Notes: generated from the letters alone by a model not told the origin. Counted from the first letter of the whole stretch, positions 1-13,048 are shown. The stretch: 45,404 nucleotides of DNA, filler included, from Craspedostauros australis (GCA_030167865.1; 6 parts of 6 records of this genome joined end to end with filler, not necessarily neighbours in it), one strand, 5' to 3'. Numbers and translations: made by a program.

Positions 1-2155
1 TCACAGCTGCAGCAATATCAAACCGTCCCAATGTGATGCACCATTGAAGGGCGCCGATGAGTGATTGGAATTGTCGGGTTTCTATTGGATTTAACTCGCG
101 TGATGTGTCTAGCTCGGGGGCGTCGTTGTGTTCCATGGGACTGGTGTAGGTCCGTGGAAGCTCCCCATGCACCTGTTCGTAATTCGCCAGCATCCGTTTG
201 ATGTAGGATTGCGGACTCATAGTCAGGGTTCCGTCTTTGTCTCGGTCGAAGTCTGCGCCGAGGTGATACTTGATTGGTCCTATACCTTTCAACTTGTACT
301 CGTACTTGTTGATGAGCGTGTCGAAGAATGACTGTGGGTCTTCCATGACGGCCATCAGATCATCTACGTACACACAGATGTATTCCCAGCATCTACCAGC
401 ATCCCTCATCCACACATCCGGGTCAGCATTGCACTGAAAGAACTTCATGTCGCGGAGTGTGTCGGCCAGAGACTCGTGGAATCGTGCACCAGACGTGCGC
501 AGTCCATAGAGCGCTTTCACAATGATCATCATGTGACCAGCAAACTCTTGGAACTCAGGACCAGCTACGAAACAGATATTTTCTTTTGTGTATGCTTCTA
601 GATAGGCATTACCAATATCACCCACCATGGGCTTGAGGTTGTTGAGTTCTGCAGCAAGCAGTGCAATCCTGAATGATCTGAGATTGACTACTCCAGCATA
701 TGCCATATCCTTACACGGGTCTGTCAAGTGGCCTCCTGCTACGCATCTTGCCTTGTGCCGAAGGTCGTGCTTCACATCGTACACCCAGAGGAGCTTGATT
801 TGCTTGTATCCATCTGGTTTCCGAGCGTTCTTTCCGAGATCCTTGAACGTGCCGTACTCGTGGAGCTGATCCATTTCTTTTCTCTCAGCATCTACCCACT
901 TGGAGTTGCCGTTCTTCTCATCAAGTTGGCGTGCTTCTTTTCCGTTCCGTGGAACTTGAACACCAAACTTGAAGATAGGACCTTGTGCACGAGCTTTGCG
1001 TTTACTAGCATTGATGAGACGATTGAGTTTCTTCTTCCTCTTTGCTAATTTACGGAATCGCTTCCAGCCAGGCAGACCGAGGAGGTTGTTGTCTGCGGCG
1101 TACTTTGCACAGGATACAGGGTCGTCTTTGGCTATCACGTCCAGTGGTTCCATTGTCACACTGCCGTCTTCCCATTGTACCTTCACATTGTAGGAGGAGC
1201 CGTTGTACTTGCTGTGACTGGAGTGGAATGGGCCTTCATGACCGGTGATGGCTTTGAAAACGCACATCTCCCCATCGCCAATCTCCTGCTCGTGCTGCTG
1301 TTCGATGATGTCAGCTAGATCCGTGTACGCGATGAGCTCTTTGGTGTCATCATCGCCGTATGTGATGAGTATCTTGATGTTGTCATGGTTGGCTGCGTCA
1401 CCGTCCTTGATCTTGCGGATCACTCGAGCTCTCCATTTGAGTCCATCCTGTTGGTGAAGGAAGGTCATTCCAAGCAACTCGTCATGACTGAATTTGGGGA
1501 CTTTGACTACACCAGGGTCTGATTCTCCATGTGATGTGGCTACCAGGTCAGATAGTGCATGCACAACGGGTTGTCTAGGTTTAGGTGTGCTGTCACTGTC
1601 GAAATCATCTGGATTTCCGTTTTCGCTAGCTTCGTCATCCACGCTACCATCCTCCCCAGAAGCAGGCAGGGGGTAGTCTGCCCATAGGTTTCGCGCGTCA
1701 TCAGACACACGTCGGATGCTTGAGCGTGGCAACAGCCGTTGTGTCGCGTCATCTAGAACCCAGAACGTCAGTTCATCACCCTTGTGCTCGCATGGTCCAG
1801 CCCAGCGTCCACGCCGTTCCTGCGTGGTGCCTGGGAAGGCAGCGTTCCCGACCTTGTAGTACACTGGCTCCCACCAGTGGAAGCTGAGGTACTTGCTGAC
1901 ATCAGGGCGCTGGCCTGTGGCGGCTTGGATGGGCGTGATGTGGCCAGCCGTGGACTGCGACAGATGGTTGAACAGCCCCACGACGTACAAGGTGCAGATG
2001 AGCCAGAACCTGGCAGGGGTGCCAGTTCGGTCCATGATGCCGTTGGTGGTGCGCTTCACATCCTGGATGCATCGCTCGACAGGATTCTGATGTTGGTGGT
2101 GTGGTTCGGACTGGTGGTCTGCGATGCAGTACTGCCGGAGGATGTCCTTCATCTT
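1..2155 (-). CDS. pol: Copia pol, partial: integrase C-half, chromodomain-like region, reverse transcriptase (runs off the window edge)
   Basis: Hand translation from 2155 gives KMKDILRQYCIADHQSEPHHQHQNPVER. The same frame gives YNVKVQWEDGSVTMEPL (about 1142-1192) and YVDD (359-370). Probably absent from the ORF track because no stop occurs before the edge; I spot-checked the frame rather than reading every codon. Confidence 0.88.
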
Positions 2156-2205
2156 NNNNNNNNNNNNNNNNNNNNNNNNNNNNNNNNNNNNNNNNNNNNN
2201 NNNNN

Positions 2206-4538
2206 GTGGCGTTGTCGGACATCAACACGTCCATGGCACCATGCTCCCGAATGAAGTCCTGCACAACATGGGGAACATGGGATTCGCTTGCCAGAGGGTA
2301 CGCCGCTGTGAGGCGCGTGTTGGATCCTACAAACACCTGNNNNNNNNNNNNNNNNNNNNNNNNNNNNNNNNNNNNNNNNNNNNNNNNNNNNNNNGAGAAC
2401 AACGTGTCCATGGAAACAACATCGTGTAGTCGGTTGACATTGGCTGCGGGGAATCTAGACTTATAGTGCTTACGCATGGGAGAACGCTCAGACATGCGAT
2501 ACCATTGGGTAGTACATGCAAGAGTGTCACGCACGCGGTCTGCTGGAATCCATCCGAAGTACGGCCGTAGTGCATGGAAGTTGGGCGCTTTACCCACGAT
2601 GTTGCGTGGCCCGGCCTTGATTGCCTTCTCCCCATCCCCGATCGTTGCAGCGGATTGAACGTACTGAACGCACTTGGAGATGGTGATGTCGATGTCGTCG
2701 TCNNNNNNNNNNNNNNNNNNNNNNNNNNNNNNNNNNNNNNNNNNNNNNNNNNNNNNNNNNNNNNNNNNNNNNNNNNNNNNNNNNNNNNNNNNNNNNNNNN
2801 NNNNNNNNNNNNNNNNNNNNNNNNNNNNNNNNNNNNTGTGCATGTCCATGTATGCGAGGCCTTGACGCACGGTGAGCGGGATGACGAATCCGTCTGGCGT
2901 GACGATGGTCTGCCGACCGCCAGGGAGGTTCTTGGGTCTCTCGTTGACATCCAGTCCAAACGCCGCGAGTTGATTGGCAGAATGGATGGTGCGTCCTCTC
3001 CCGTAGTTGGCGTACTGATGGAACCAACCAATCACCGGTCCTGAGGTGNNNNNNNNNNNNNNNNNNNNNNNNNNNNNNNNNNNNNNNNNNNNNNNNNNGA
3101 TTGCCTTCTCCCCATCCCCGATCGTTGCAGCGGATTGAACGTACTGAACGCACTTGGAGATGGTGATGTCGATGTCGTCGTCGTCGTCGTCCTCGCCGCG
3201 TTCGGTTGCAGGAATGTTGTCCAGATCAGCCTCTCCGTCCAGGACAGATGGGTCCCACTCTTGGTCGGAGGTGAAGAACACGTGTGGCAGATCGTCTAGC
3301 TCTGCCTGAGTTGGCTTGTGCATNNNNNNNNNNNCGAGGCCTTGACGCACGGTGAGCGGGATGACGAATCCGTCTGGCGTGACGATGGTCTGCCGACCGC
3401 CAGGGAGGTTCTTGGGTCTCTCGTTGACATCCAGTCCAAACGCCGCGAGTTGATTGGCAGAATGGATGGTGCGTCCTCTCCCGTAGTTGGCGTACTGATG
3501 GAACCAACCAATCACCGGTCCTGAGGTGGTCTGGATGACTGCGGTGGCCGTGACCAGCGCCAGATCCTTGATCTCTGCGTCGCCGATTCCAGAAACATCA
3601 GCACGGTTGGACGTGGATTCCATCACCAGCATGTCATCACCAACGAGACCGCCGTTGGCACCTCCATCCACCAACGCGCCTTGCACAGTCACGTTCGTGT
3701 TGTTGAACTTGTACGATACGTTCGTGTGAGACAGGGTGTAGGTGCGACCGTCAATGACGAGGGTAGTCGGCGCGCCCCCGGACGCGCTAGACATGGCATT
3801 GGAAAGCATACGGTTGATTGCTGTGCCAGCGGTAGAACTAGATTCGTTATTGTTACTACCATTGTCATTGGTCTGGGTGTCCTGTTGGTCGTTCTGGTTG
3901 GATGTGGATCCACTGCGGTTGGTGTTGTTGGCGGAACGCCTAGGCTTGTCCTTCTTNNNNNNNNNNNNNNNNNNNNNNNNNNNNNNNNNNNNNNNNNNNN
4001 NNNNNNNNNNNNNNNNNNNNNNNNNNNNNNNNNNNGGCAGCCGTTCTCGTGTCTCCTTGCTGTAGTCCTTGTTGGGCTTCCAGAGATTGGGTCCGTCGTC
4101 CTTATCCTTCCCACGTTGCTTGCGCTGGTCGGTGTTGTTGGCTTGGCGCGGCGGCTTTGGCTTGTTGGCGTCGTGACCATCGAGCTGGACAGCGTAGGAT
4201 CGAACGAGCTCAACGAGGGTATCGAACTCCATGGTGGTCGTGGACGTGCCGGGTGAATAGGCCAGGATCGCGGTCTGCAGGTAGTCAGTCTGGAAGATAG
4301 ACTGGTACAGAGCCTTGTCTGCCTCGATGGCGTTGGTCAACCACTCCTTCTTCGTCGCGTCGTCGATNGGATCATCACGCAATGCCTCAAGTTCGTGTAC
4401 CTTGTGTTGCCACAGGTCCAGGAACTGCTCACGAGTCTTGCGCCACTGCTTATCCAGCTTGAACTTGATGATGTCGTTGCGGATGCGTCGGATGGTGTTG
4501 ACAGCAGTAGCACCAGTGGTGTACTCGCGAACCAGCAT
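2206..4538 (-). CDS. Copia gag-protease-integrase N-half (gapped; one segment duplicated across a 50-N gap)
   Basis: ORF 1902..4538: gag helical region, LVDGGANGG protease, RPYFGW...TTQW and DVVSMDTLF integrase start. Confidence 0.88.
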
Positions 4539-4661
4539 GCAGTAGACGGCTTGGCCGTCACAGATCGACTCGTATGGATGTCGAGATGTACATGTGAGTA
4601 TATATCAAGATGTACGTGTATATGTGCATCGTTCACCCGCTATTCTCTCATACGCACTTGG

Positions 4662-4761
4662 NNNNNNNNNNNNNNNNNNNNNNNNNNNNNNNNNNNNNNN
4701 NNNNNTTAATTAATTAANNNNNNNNNNNNNNNNNNNNNNNNNNNNNNNNNNNNNNNNNNNN
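4662..4761. other. Artificial scaffold linker N44-TTAATTAATTAA-N44
   Basis: 12-mer with stops in all six frames at 4706-4717, between two 44-N runs. Confidence 0.98.
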
Positions 4762-4762
4762 G

Positions 4763-5950
4763 ATGCCTGCATGGCTCTCTGACAGTGTGCGTAAGGCCTA
4801 CCGCGAGCTGGCACAGAAATCTAACTTGGACCCAGATGCTAACCCTGTGAAGCGAGTCTGCCTCTACGTTGGCAACGTGCGTGGTGCACTCAAGATTGCA
4901 GAGGGTCCACGTCCGAGCATCGATCAAGCGGCTGGTATGGATGGCAATCCATTCCAGGATTACCACCACACCAACGGGCTCGCAGAGGTTGCGGTCGACA
5001 GGTTGGANNNNNNNNNNNNNNNNNNNNNNNNNNNNNNNNNNNNNNNNNNNNNNNNNNNNNNNNNNNNNNNNNNNNNNNNNNNNNNNNNNNNNNNNNNNNN
5101 NNNNNNNNNNNNNNNNNNNNNNNNNNNNNNNNNNNNNNNNNNNNNNAAGCTCGACGCCCTCTTCGATCTTCTTACGAAGAACAGCAACCATCAACCTCCC
5201 ATCATCGATCCGGTACCAGCAGCAACTGTGCCAATCAATGTGCCTGTGCCAATCAATGCGACTGTGCCAATCAATGCGACTGTGCCAATCAATGTGCCCG
5301 TGCCAATCAATGTGCCTGTGCCAACCGCAGAACCTGAACCAGCACCACCCACACCACCCACAGAACCTGCACCAACCGCAACATTCGCGCCAATGGAGGT
5401 CGAAACAGAACCATCCAAGGTGGAGCGAGCAGAGGCTGAAGCGCAACTCCAAGAACAGAGATTGGAGCGAATTCTTGCAGAGGCTGCAGAGCAGAAGCGA
5501 ATCGCAAAGGAAGCGAGAGCCAGAGCAAGGACGATCGCAAAGCAGACGGAGAAGCCTGCTCCAGGGCAAGCAGTCCTCACTAGACAAATCCGCACGTTGG
5601 AGCGGCTTTGGGAGGAGTACTTCGTGGGGATGAGGGGGTTGATTCCGGCGAAGNNNNNNNNNNNNNNNNNNNNNNNNNNNNNNAATAAGTCCACCTTCGG
5701 GCGTCGCAGGTACATTTGGGAGGAGTTCGACCGTCTCGCTGAGAGAGGCATCGTCGGAGAACAAGACGTTTGTCTCCACATCCGCAACGAGTTCGGCAAC
5801 AAGGTCACCATGGGCCAATTGAACTCCCTCATTCTTGAGAGGGAGAGAGACGTGGGAAACAAACCAACCCGACAAAGCAAAGCGAGACAAGCAATCAAAG
5901 CAACCAAAGCTGCCAACGACAGCAACAGCGTCAACAGGATGGAGCTTTGA
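4763..5950 (+). CDS. C-terminal part of a Crypton-like (tyrosine recombinase transposon) protein with a GCR1_C-like domain
   Basis: TLERLWEEYFVGMRGLIPAK...KSTFGRRRYIWEEFDRL fits the GCR1_C pattern (LWxEY/WxxG...F.RR..IW) that ends CryptonF-type proteins. The 5' part, including any YR catalytic residues, is cut off by the linker. Confidence 0.6.
   Translation: MPAWLSDSVRKAYRELAQKSNLDPDANPVKRVCLYVGNVRGALKIAEGPRPSIDQAAGMDGNPFQDYHHTNGLAEVAVDRLXXXXXXXXXXXXXXXXXXXXXXXXXXXXXXXXXXXXXXXXXXXXXXXKLDALFDLLTKNSNHQPPIIDPVPAATVPINVPVPINATVPINATVPINVPVPINVPVPTAEPEPAPPTPPTEPAPTATFAPMEVETEPSKVERAEAEAQLQEQRLERILAEAAEQKRIAKEARARARTIAKQTEKPAPGQAVLTRQIRTLERLWEEYFVGMRGLIPAKXXXXXXXXXXNKSTFGRRRYIWEEFDRLAERGIVGEQDVCLHIRNEFGNKVTMGQLNSLILERERDVGNKPTRQSKARQAIKATKAANDSNSVNRMEL
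5228..5324 (+). repeat. 18-bp coding minisatellite (VPINVP/VPINAT) x5.4
   Basis: gtgccaatcaatg(t/c)g(c/a)c(t/c) repeated in tandem. Confidence 0.95.
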
Positions 5951-6392
5951 GAGAATGAACATCAGGATCCATGATGAACTACAGCCCGTATTGGGCGTAG
6001 AGTAGTCATGGATCATTCTAGTAAACGTACAATATAGCAATTGTGATACAGTGAATTCTGCTGTGTCTCGCGTGGTGTTTNNNNNNNNNNNNNNNNNNNN
6101 NNNNNNNNNNNNNNNNNNNNNNNNNNNNNNGCAGTGATTCGAATCGTGTGTCGACTTTCGGTCCAAAACAGAAACGATCGGGGGTGTGATCAGAATCAAG
6201 GAGAGCGAGGATGTTCGCGGCGATCGGAGAAACTTTTGTTGCGGATTGGACATGCATTTTTGATTCCGTCATCTTGGCCGTTCGCACGGATCGGCCATGG
6301 TCGATCCCTGAATCGACGAGGATGAGGATACACACTGTGATCACAAAACTTCGATGACGATTCGATTCGGAGTACTTCGCACAAACAAAAAA

Positions 6393-9300
6393 GCATGATG
6401 CGCACAGCCATCACAGAGCGTTTTCGCGACTGCTCACCACAACATCATCGCTATTGTACTGATAACACTATGCTACTATAATAGTATTATACTATATAAT
6501 ACTATAGTATATTATTATACTACGGTACTCCACCACGACGCTACTACACTACTACACTACTACACTACTACACTACTACACGATCGATGTGATTTCAATG
6601 ATGTCCAACTCATCCTCGTCACCACATCATCGTGATGTGATGCGCAATACCATGGCATAACGAATACGAGGAGAGTGCACTTTTATGTTATAACATATAA
6701 TTCAGACAATCATAGTATGATACCTGTTAGGAATGGTATTCTCCCATGGTCGTGTGCTTTCTCTGCTTTGGATTGTATTCCATGCGACAGGAATCGGCCA
6801 TGATGTCCCAGAACTGAGGAGAGTGAGGATGCGCACGGCGATTGGAGGAGTTTTGTTGTGGATCCGATCCGAGTTTTGTGTGTCGCCGTCGTCTCTTGTT
6901 TCCGTCATCTTTCGCCCATGGGTCGACTCCAGAAAATGGCGGACAAAAGCATGACGCGCACAGCCATCACAGAGCGTTTTCGCGACTGCTCACCACAACA
7001 TCATCGCTATTGTACTGATAACACTATGCTACTATACTAAGGTACTCCACCACGACGCTACTACACTACTACGCTACTACGCTACTACGCTACTACACGA
7101 CTACACTACTACACTACTACACGATCGATGTGTTTTCAATGATGTCCAACTCATCCTCGTCACCACATCATCACGATGTGATGCGCAATACGATGGCATA
7201 ACGAATACGAGGAGAGTNNNNNNNNNNNNNNNNNNNNNNNNNNNNNNNNNNNNNNNNNNNNNNNNNNAATACTATAGTATATTATTATACTACGGTACTC
7301 CACCACGATGCTACTACACTACTACGCTACTACACTACTACACTACTACACGATCGAGGTGATTTCAATGATGTCCAACTCATCCTCGTCACCACATCAT
7401 CGTGATGTGATGCGCAATACCATGGCATAATGAATACGAGGAGAGTGCACTTTTATGTTATAACATATAATTCAGACAATCATAGTATGATGCCTGTTAG
7501 GAATGGTATTTCTCTCATGGTCGTGTGCTTTCTCTGCTTTGGATTGTATTCCATGCGACGGGAATCGGCCATGATGTCCCAGAACTGAGGAGAGTGAGGA
7601 TGCGCACGGCGATTGGAGGAGTTTTGTTGTGGATCCGGTTCGAGTTTTGTGTGTCGCCGTCGTCTCTTTTTTCCGTCATCGTTCGTCCATGGGTCGACTC
7701 CAGAAAATGGCCGACAAAAGCATGACGCGCACAGCCATCACAGAGCGTTTTCGCGACTGCTCACCACAACACCATCGCTATTGTACTGATAACACTATGC
7801 TACTATACTAAGGTACTACGCTCCCACGCGACTACGCTCCCACGCTACTACACTACTACACTACTACACGATCGAGGTGATTTCAATGATGTCCAACTCA
7901 TCCTCGTCACCACATCATCACGATGTGATGCGCAATACGATGGCATAACGAATACGAGGAGAACGCACTTTTATGTTATAACATATAATTCAGACAATCA
8001 TAGTATGGTGCCTGTTAGGAATGGTATTTCTCTCATGGTCGTGTGATTTCTCTGCTTTGGATTGTGTTACATGCGACAGGAATCGGCCATGATGTCCCAG
8101 AACTGAGGAGAGTGAGGATGCGCACNGCGATTGGAGGAGTTTTGTTGTGGATCCGATTCGAGTTTTGTGTGTCGCCGTCGTCCCTTTTTTCCGTCATCGT
8201 TCGCCCATGAGTCGACTCCAGAAAGTGGTCGACTGCTGTGTGGGGAGTAGAGCAGGACGAAAAGGAGACACCAATCGAGCGGAGCACCGATACGACCGAC
8301 ATATCAGCGCTGCTCCAAGCGCAATGGATTGTGTCGTACCCCATTGTACATAATTGAGCGGATCAGCTACAGTGTAGGCAGACAGATGAGACTTGACCAG
8401 AGTGGAATGAGGATGCGAACGAGCAGGGCGACCCATGTATGGGTAGTGCCATCATCGAACATGATTGTTACCTTTGATCATTTGCNNNNNNNNNNNNNNN
8501 NNNNNNNNNNNNNNNNNNNNNNNNNNNNNNNNNNNGCCATCACAGAGCGTTTTCGCGACTGCTCACCACAACATCATCGCTATTGTACTGAAAACACTAT
8601 GCTACTATACTAAGGTACTACGCTCCCACGCGACTACGCTCCCACGCTACTACGCTACTACACTACCACACGATCGAGGTGATTTCAATGATGTCCAACT
8701 CATCCTCATCACCACATCATCGTGATGTGATGCGCAATACGATGGCATAACGAATACGAGGAGAGCGCACTTTTATGTTATAACATATAATTCAGACAAT
8801 CATAGTATGATGCCTGTTAGGAATGGTATTACTCTCATGGTCGTGTGATTTCTCTGCTTTGGATTGTGTTACATGCGACGGGAATCGGCCATGATGTCCC
8901 AGAACTGAGTAGAGTGAGGATGCGCACGGCGATTGGAGGAGTTTTGTTGTGGATCCGATCCGAGTTTTGTGTGTCGCCGTCGTCTCTTTTTTCCGTCATC
9001 GTTCGTCCATGGGTCGACTCCAGAAAATGGACGACTGCAGTGTGGGGAGTAGAGCAGGACGAAAAGGAGACACCAATCGAGCGGAGCGCCGATACGACCG
9101 ACATATCAGTGCTGATCCAAGCGCAATGGATTGAGTCGTACCCCATTGTACATAATTGAGCGGGTCAGCTACAGTGTAGGCAGACAGATGAGACTTGACC
9201 AGAGTGGAATGAGGACGCGAACGAGCAGGGCGACCCATGTATGGGTAGNNNNNNNNNNNNNNNNNNNNNNNNNNNNNNNNNNNNNNNNNNNNNNNNNNTG

Positions 9301-9745
9301 TGATTTCTCTGCTTTGGATTGTGTTACATGCGACAGGAATCGGCCATGATGTCCCAGAACTGAGGAGAGTGAGGATGCGCACAGCGATTGGAGGAGTTTT
9401 GTTGTGGATCCGATTCGAGTTTTGTGTGTCGCCGTCGTCCCTTTTTTCCGTCATCGTTCGCCCATGAGTCGACTCCAGAAAGTGGTCGACTGCTGTGTGG
9501 GGAGTAGAGCAGGACGAAAAGGAGACACCAATCGAGCGGAGCACCGATACGACCGACATATCAGCGCTGCTCCAAGCGCAATGGATTGTGTCGTACCCCA
9601 TTGTACATAATTGAGCGGATCAGCTACAGTGTAGGCAGACAGATGAGACTTGACCAGAGTGGAATGAGGATGCGAACGAGCAGGGCGACCCATGTATGGG
9701 TAGTGCCATCATCGAACATGATTGTTACCTTTGATCATTTGCGGT
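6393..9745. repeat. Tandem repeat with a ~556-bp unit containing a variable (CACTACTA/CGCTACTA)n octamer tract; later copies partly duplicated across gaps
   Basis: Anchor cagccatcacagagcgttttcgcgac at 6405, 6961, 7732 and (partial) 8536. 6405 to 6961 is 556 bp with no gap. The terminal extension (gactgc...tggggagtagagcagg) recurs at about 8231, 9033 and 9488. Confidence 0.9.
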
Positions 9746-9859
9746 CGGGCTATTGGCCATTTCCAGAGGGCGCACATCATCAGGAATCCGTAGTGGGAGC
9801 AGGATGATTGATTGGAATGGCGAATTTGAACGAATGTGGTGGCGGTCGCCAGTATGCGC

Positions 9860-10900
9860 GTGATCGGTGGCATGTGAAAGAGAGATGATCGCAGCGTAGT
9901 ATCGCAGGTATTCAGATGGTCGATCATCGCATTGGAACGACGATGTCGACAAAATGGCGGGAGCGGAGCAGGGACGGAACGGTCCGGGGCGTGACGAGGA
10001 ACTGCATGGAGATGAGTGGTCAGTGTGGATAGGGGGAGAGAAGACTTGCGCGAGCACGAAGGATACTCTGTGGGAACACATGCAGTGGCAGAAAACCGAG
10101 CAGTGGCAGAGCAGGACAGGCAAAATGGACTGGGAGGAGATGGCTGACGTCGACGGCCATTCTATACGAGCGGCGATGCATGGGCTGGAGAATGGAAGGC
10201 GACGATGGGTGGTGAAGCACGCGGCGCATTTCGGAGCGGTCGGCAGGAACATGCGGAAGTGGAAATTCTGGAGCGATGGCCTATGCCTGGTATGCAAAAC
10301 AGAGGAAGAGATGACGGCGCATGTGATGCAGTGTCAGCATCCTGCTGCGATGCAAGTGAGGCATGCCGCTTTGGAGAAGTGGGCGCGCGCGATGAGAATG
10401 AACGAGGGGGATCCGCAAATGGTACAAGAGATCGTGCGGCAGGTGCGAATGTGGACAGAACAGCGCGAGGCAGAACCGCAAGGGTGGTCTGATGTGCACA
10501 GAGCATCGATGGCGCAAGGCAAGATTGGATAGGACAAGATGGTGCTGGGGAGGTGGTCTTGGCAGTGGCGGCGAGTACGGACTGAAACGATGCGGCGAAG
10601 TGGCANNNNNNNNNNNNNNACGCATTGGATTAGCCAAGCGATTCGAGGCCTGTGGGAAGTACGATGGGTGGCGTGGAAAGCATGAAATCAGGCACTGCAC
10701 GAGGATGAGCTTTGGAGCAAATAGACAGAGAAGGTCCAGCAGGCGCAAGAGAAGGTGGAAGTGGTGTAGCAGTGAGGGAGTAGAGGATTATTCTGGAGGG
10801 ACGCGGGGCTGCTGGAGAACACGAGCAAGGAGCAGGTCCAGAGAATGCCAGTGGATGAGCAACTTGCGCGGGTACGGCATGTGGAGGCGGCCAGAGTAGG
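9860..10900 (+). pseudogene. Degenerate non-LTR retrotransposon (LINE, Ambal-like) C-terminal region: RNase H end plus CCHC zinc finger
   Basis: WHVK...WNDDVDKMA resembles an RNase H C-terminus. ORF 9954-10532 has VD..SIRAAM...RRRWVVKH...GRNMRKWKFW..GLCLVC...EMTAHVMQC (CxxC..E...H...C). Stops and frameshifts follow. Confidence 0.7.
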
Positions 10901-11174
10901 AACAGCGGCAAGNNNNNNNNNNNNNNNNNNNNNNAGGACAGGAGCAGCAACGCCCACCATGGGTGACAGGCAACGAAGAGGGCGCCAAAGGGAGGATTAT
11001 GGCATCAGGAGGGGCAGAAGAGGAAGTGCGCGAGCAGGCTCCGGTCAAGGAGGGCAGAGCGTGAACAAGCGAGGCGGAGACGCGGGAATACATGATATGG
11101 GTGAAGTGCACGGCGGATGTGGAATCGGGTGCCCAGTGCGGTATGTTCTATGTGATTTATGGAGATGGCAATCT

Positions 11175-11274
11175 NNNNNNNNNNNNNNNNNNNNNNNNNN
11201 NNNNNNNNNNNNNNNNNNTTAATTAATTAANNNNNNNNNNNNNNNNNNNNNNNNNNNNNNNNNNNNNNNNNNNN
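11175..11274. other. Artificial scaffold linker
   Basis: TTAATTAATTAA at 11219-11230 between 44-N runs. Confidence 0.98.
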
Positions 11275-13048
11275 CGGGTTCTGTTGCTGGTTGTGCGGTT
11301 CTGTCAGCCTTGATTTGATGTGGAGGTCCCTAAGAAGCTTGAGGACCTTCTCTCCGGTATATTCCTTCGCGTTGTCGCTGTGGAAGGCCCATGGTGCCCC
11401 CTCTGTCCTGATGAAATCCTGGAAGGCGACGAAAACTCCTTCTTTCTTCTTCAGGCCGTACGCGTTGATCATGTGGGAGGATGTCCCGTAGAAGATTTGC
11501 GCCATGGAGTATCCGTCTCCAAAAGACTTGACGTTGGAGAATATGGTGCCCGTCGCCACGATCTCCCGGATTCGTTGTCGTCGCATCCACTCGAATCTGG
11601 ACTTCTTGTGCCTTCGCATAGGGTAGGTGATCACTGCCCGCATGAGTTGTGTGGTTCTGGCAAGGGTCTGCTTGATCACATGCGTGGGCAGGTACCCGAG
11701 GTACGGTCGGATCTTGTGAAGATCGATGGACTTCCATTTGGCTCGGAAAGGAAACCCTTGGTGGCTGTACTCGGTCATAGCTTCCGCAGGGTGTCGGTCC
11801 ATGGTGTCCATTGGATTGTCCTTTCCCGGATCATCAATCCCAATGGGGTTCTCGCCCTTGGTGTGCCCGTGGTATTCAGGTGCGCTTCGCGGGTCTCCCC
11901 GGTGGGTGTCAACACGTGTTGCCTTGGTCACGCCGATTTCGTTGGGGATGCGAAATGTTTCCCGATTTCTCTGGAACGCCGGTTCAGATCCTACCGAGTG
12001 TAAGGATGAGATGACGCTGTCTGCCTCGTCATCCGGATCTGATACCTTTGTCGATGGAACGTTGGTTGACTCGGTGTATCCCTTTTGGTCCATTCCTACC
12101 GCGTTGGCTTCGCGATCGATGCCCAGCTCCCTGTATAGGTGGTCGATGTCTCCCGCGGAGAGATTGTCCACCATGTCGAAAAGGGTGCCTTGGATCGAGN
12201 TGGCAGTGTCGGTAGCCGATTTCNCNAATGTTACCGTGTCAATTGCATGTGACATTCCGATGAGCTCCTCGAGACTTAGGGTGTCAAGGAATGCGTCCAC
12301 CTTGGGGTACTCCTGGTGCACACGGTTGGATCCTCCTGTGGCGTGCTCATCTGGGTGACGGGCGTTGGGGTCCATGGGTTCTCGTCCCTCCATGGGATTA
12401 TCCGGGGTACCGTCCTTGGCCTGGCGTGTCCTGGGTTCCATGGGATCCTTCAATGCGTTGTGGGCGCTTGGATCCATTGCTCCAGCGTCATGCGGTGCAT
12501 CAGGTTGGTCATCCCAGTCGACTACCTTGTCTCCTCCGATTGGGTCCCTGGTAAGGTAGCAACCCATGGGCACGTTGCATACGTGTCCTCCTTGGTGATC
12601 CGAAGGGTTCCATCCTTGCTTTGGGGTGATGTCATAGGTGGGCAGATCCTCATCGTCCTCCATGATGGGGAAGACGTCGAACGTCATCAGCGCGTCTTGC
12701 ATCTCCAAGTTGATCGTCGTGTCTTCGTCAGGCATTAGGCATTGTCGGCCTGTGCCTGGTGTCGAGAACGATGCCCGGTGTTCCGACGAAACCGTATCGA
12801 GGACGGTTCCACTGGCCCGAATTTGGTGGTCGGATAGCAGCGTCACCCGACTGTCGACGTTCAGAGCGGCTTCGTAAATCCGGAGGATCACTTCATTGCC
12901 TTCCCTGGTCCTGGCCTTGATACTTGCGTCTACCACCGCGAGGTTGTTCTTCCTCATCGTGCTGGCCACGGCACCGACAATGTTGTACGTCCGATGCGGA
13001 TAGATGTAGTCAATCTTCCAGACCCGGTCCTTGTTCCCGATAACGCAG
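11275..13048 (-). pseudogene. Copia (CoDi-like) pol fragment: protease C-half, long linker, integrase core
   Basis: CVIG...LLSDHQIR (protease region), RPYLGY...TTQL, REIVATGTIFS (first catalytic Asp read as Gly at 11548-11550), FHSDNAKE, TEPHNQQQNP. The track ORF extends into the inserted element only by chance. Confidence 0.88.

Larger units (their letters stand above)
1..4580 (-). mobile_element. Ty1/Copia LTR retrotransposon (CoDi-like), internal region, truncated at both ends
   Basis: Domain order gag-PR-INT-RT on the minus strand. Motifs: PR ALVDGGANGG; INT VSMDTLF, LMSDNA, SEPHHQHQNPVE; RT EYICVYVDD and FQSLIGALQW. Gag-like coding stops at about 4580. Confidence 0.93.

Noticed and set aside
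4706..4717. TTAATTAATTAA as a piggyBac TSD or regulatory motif
   Set aside because: It recurs five times, each centred in an exact 100-bp N linker, so it is a synthetic six-frame stop.
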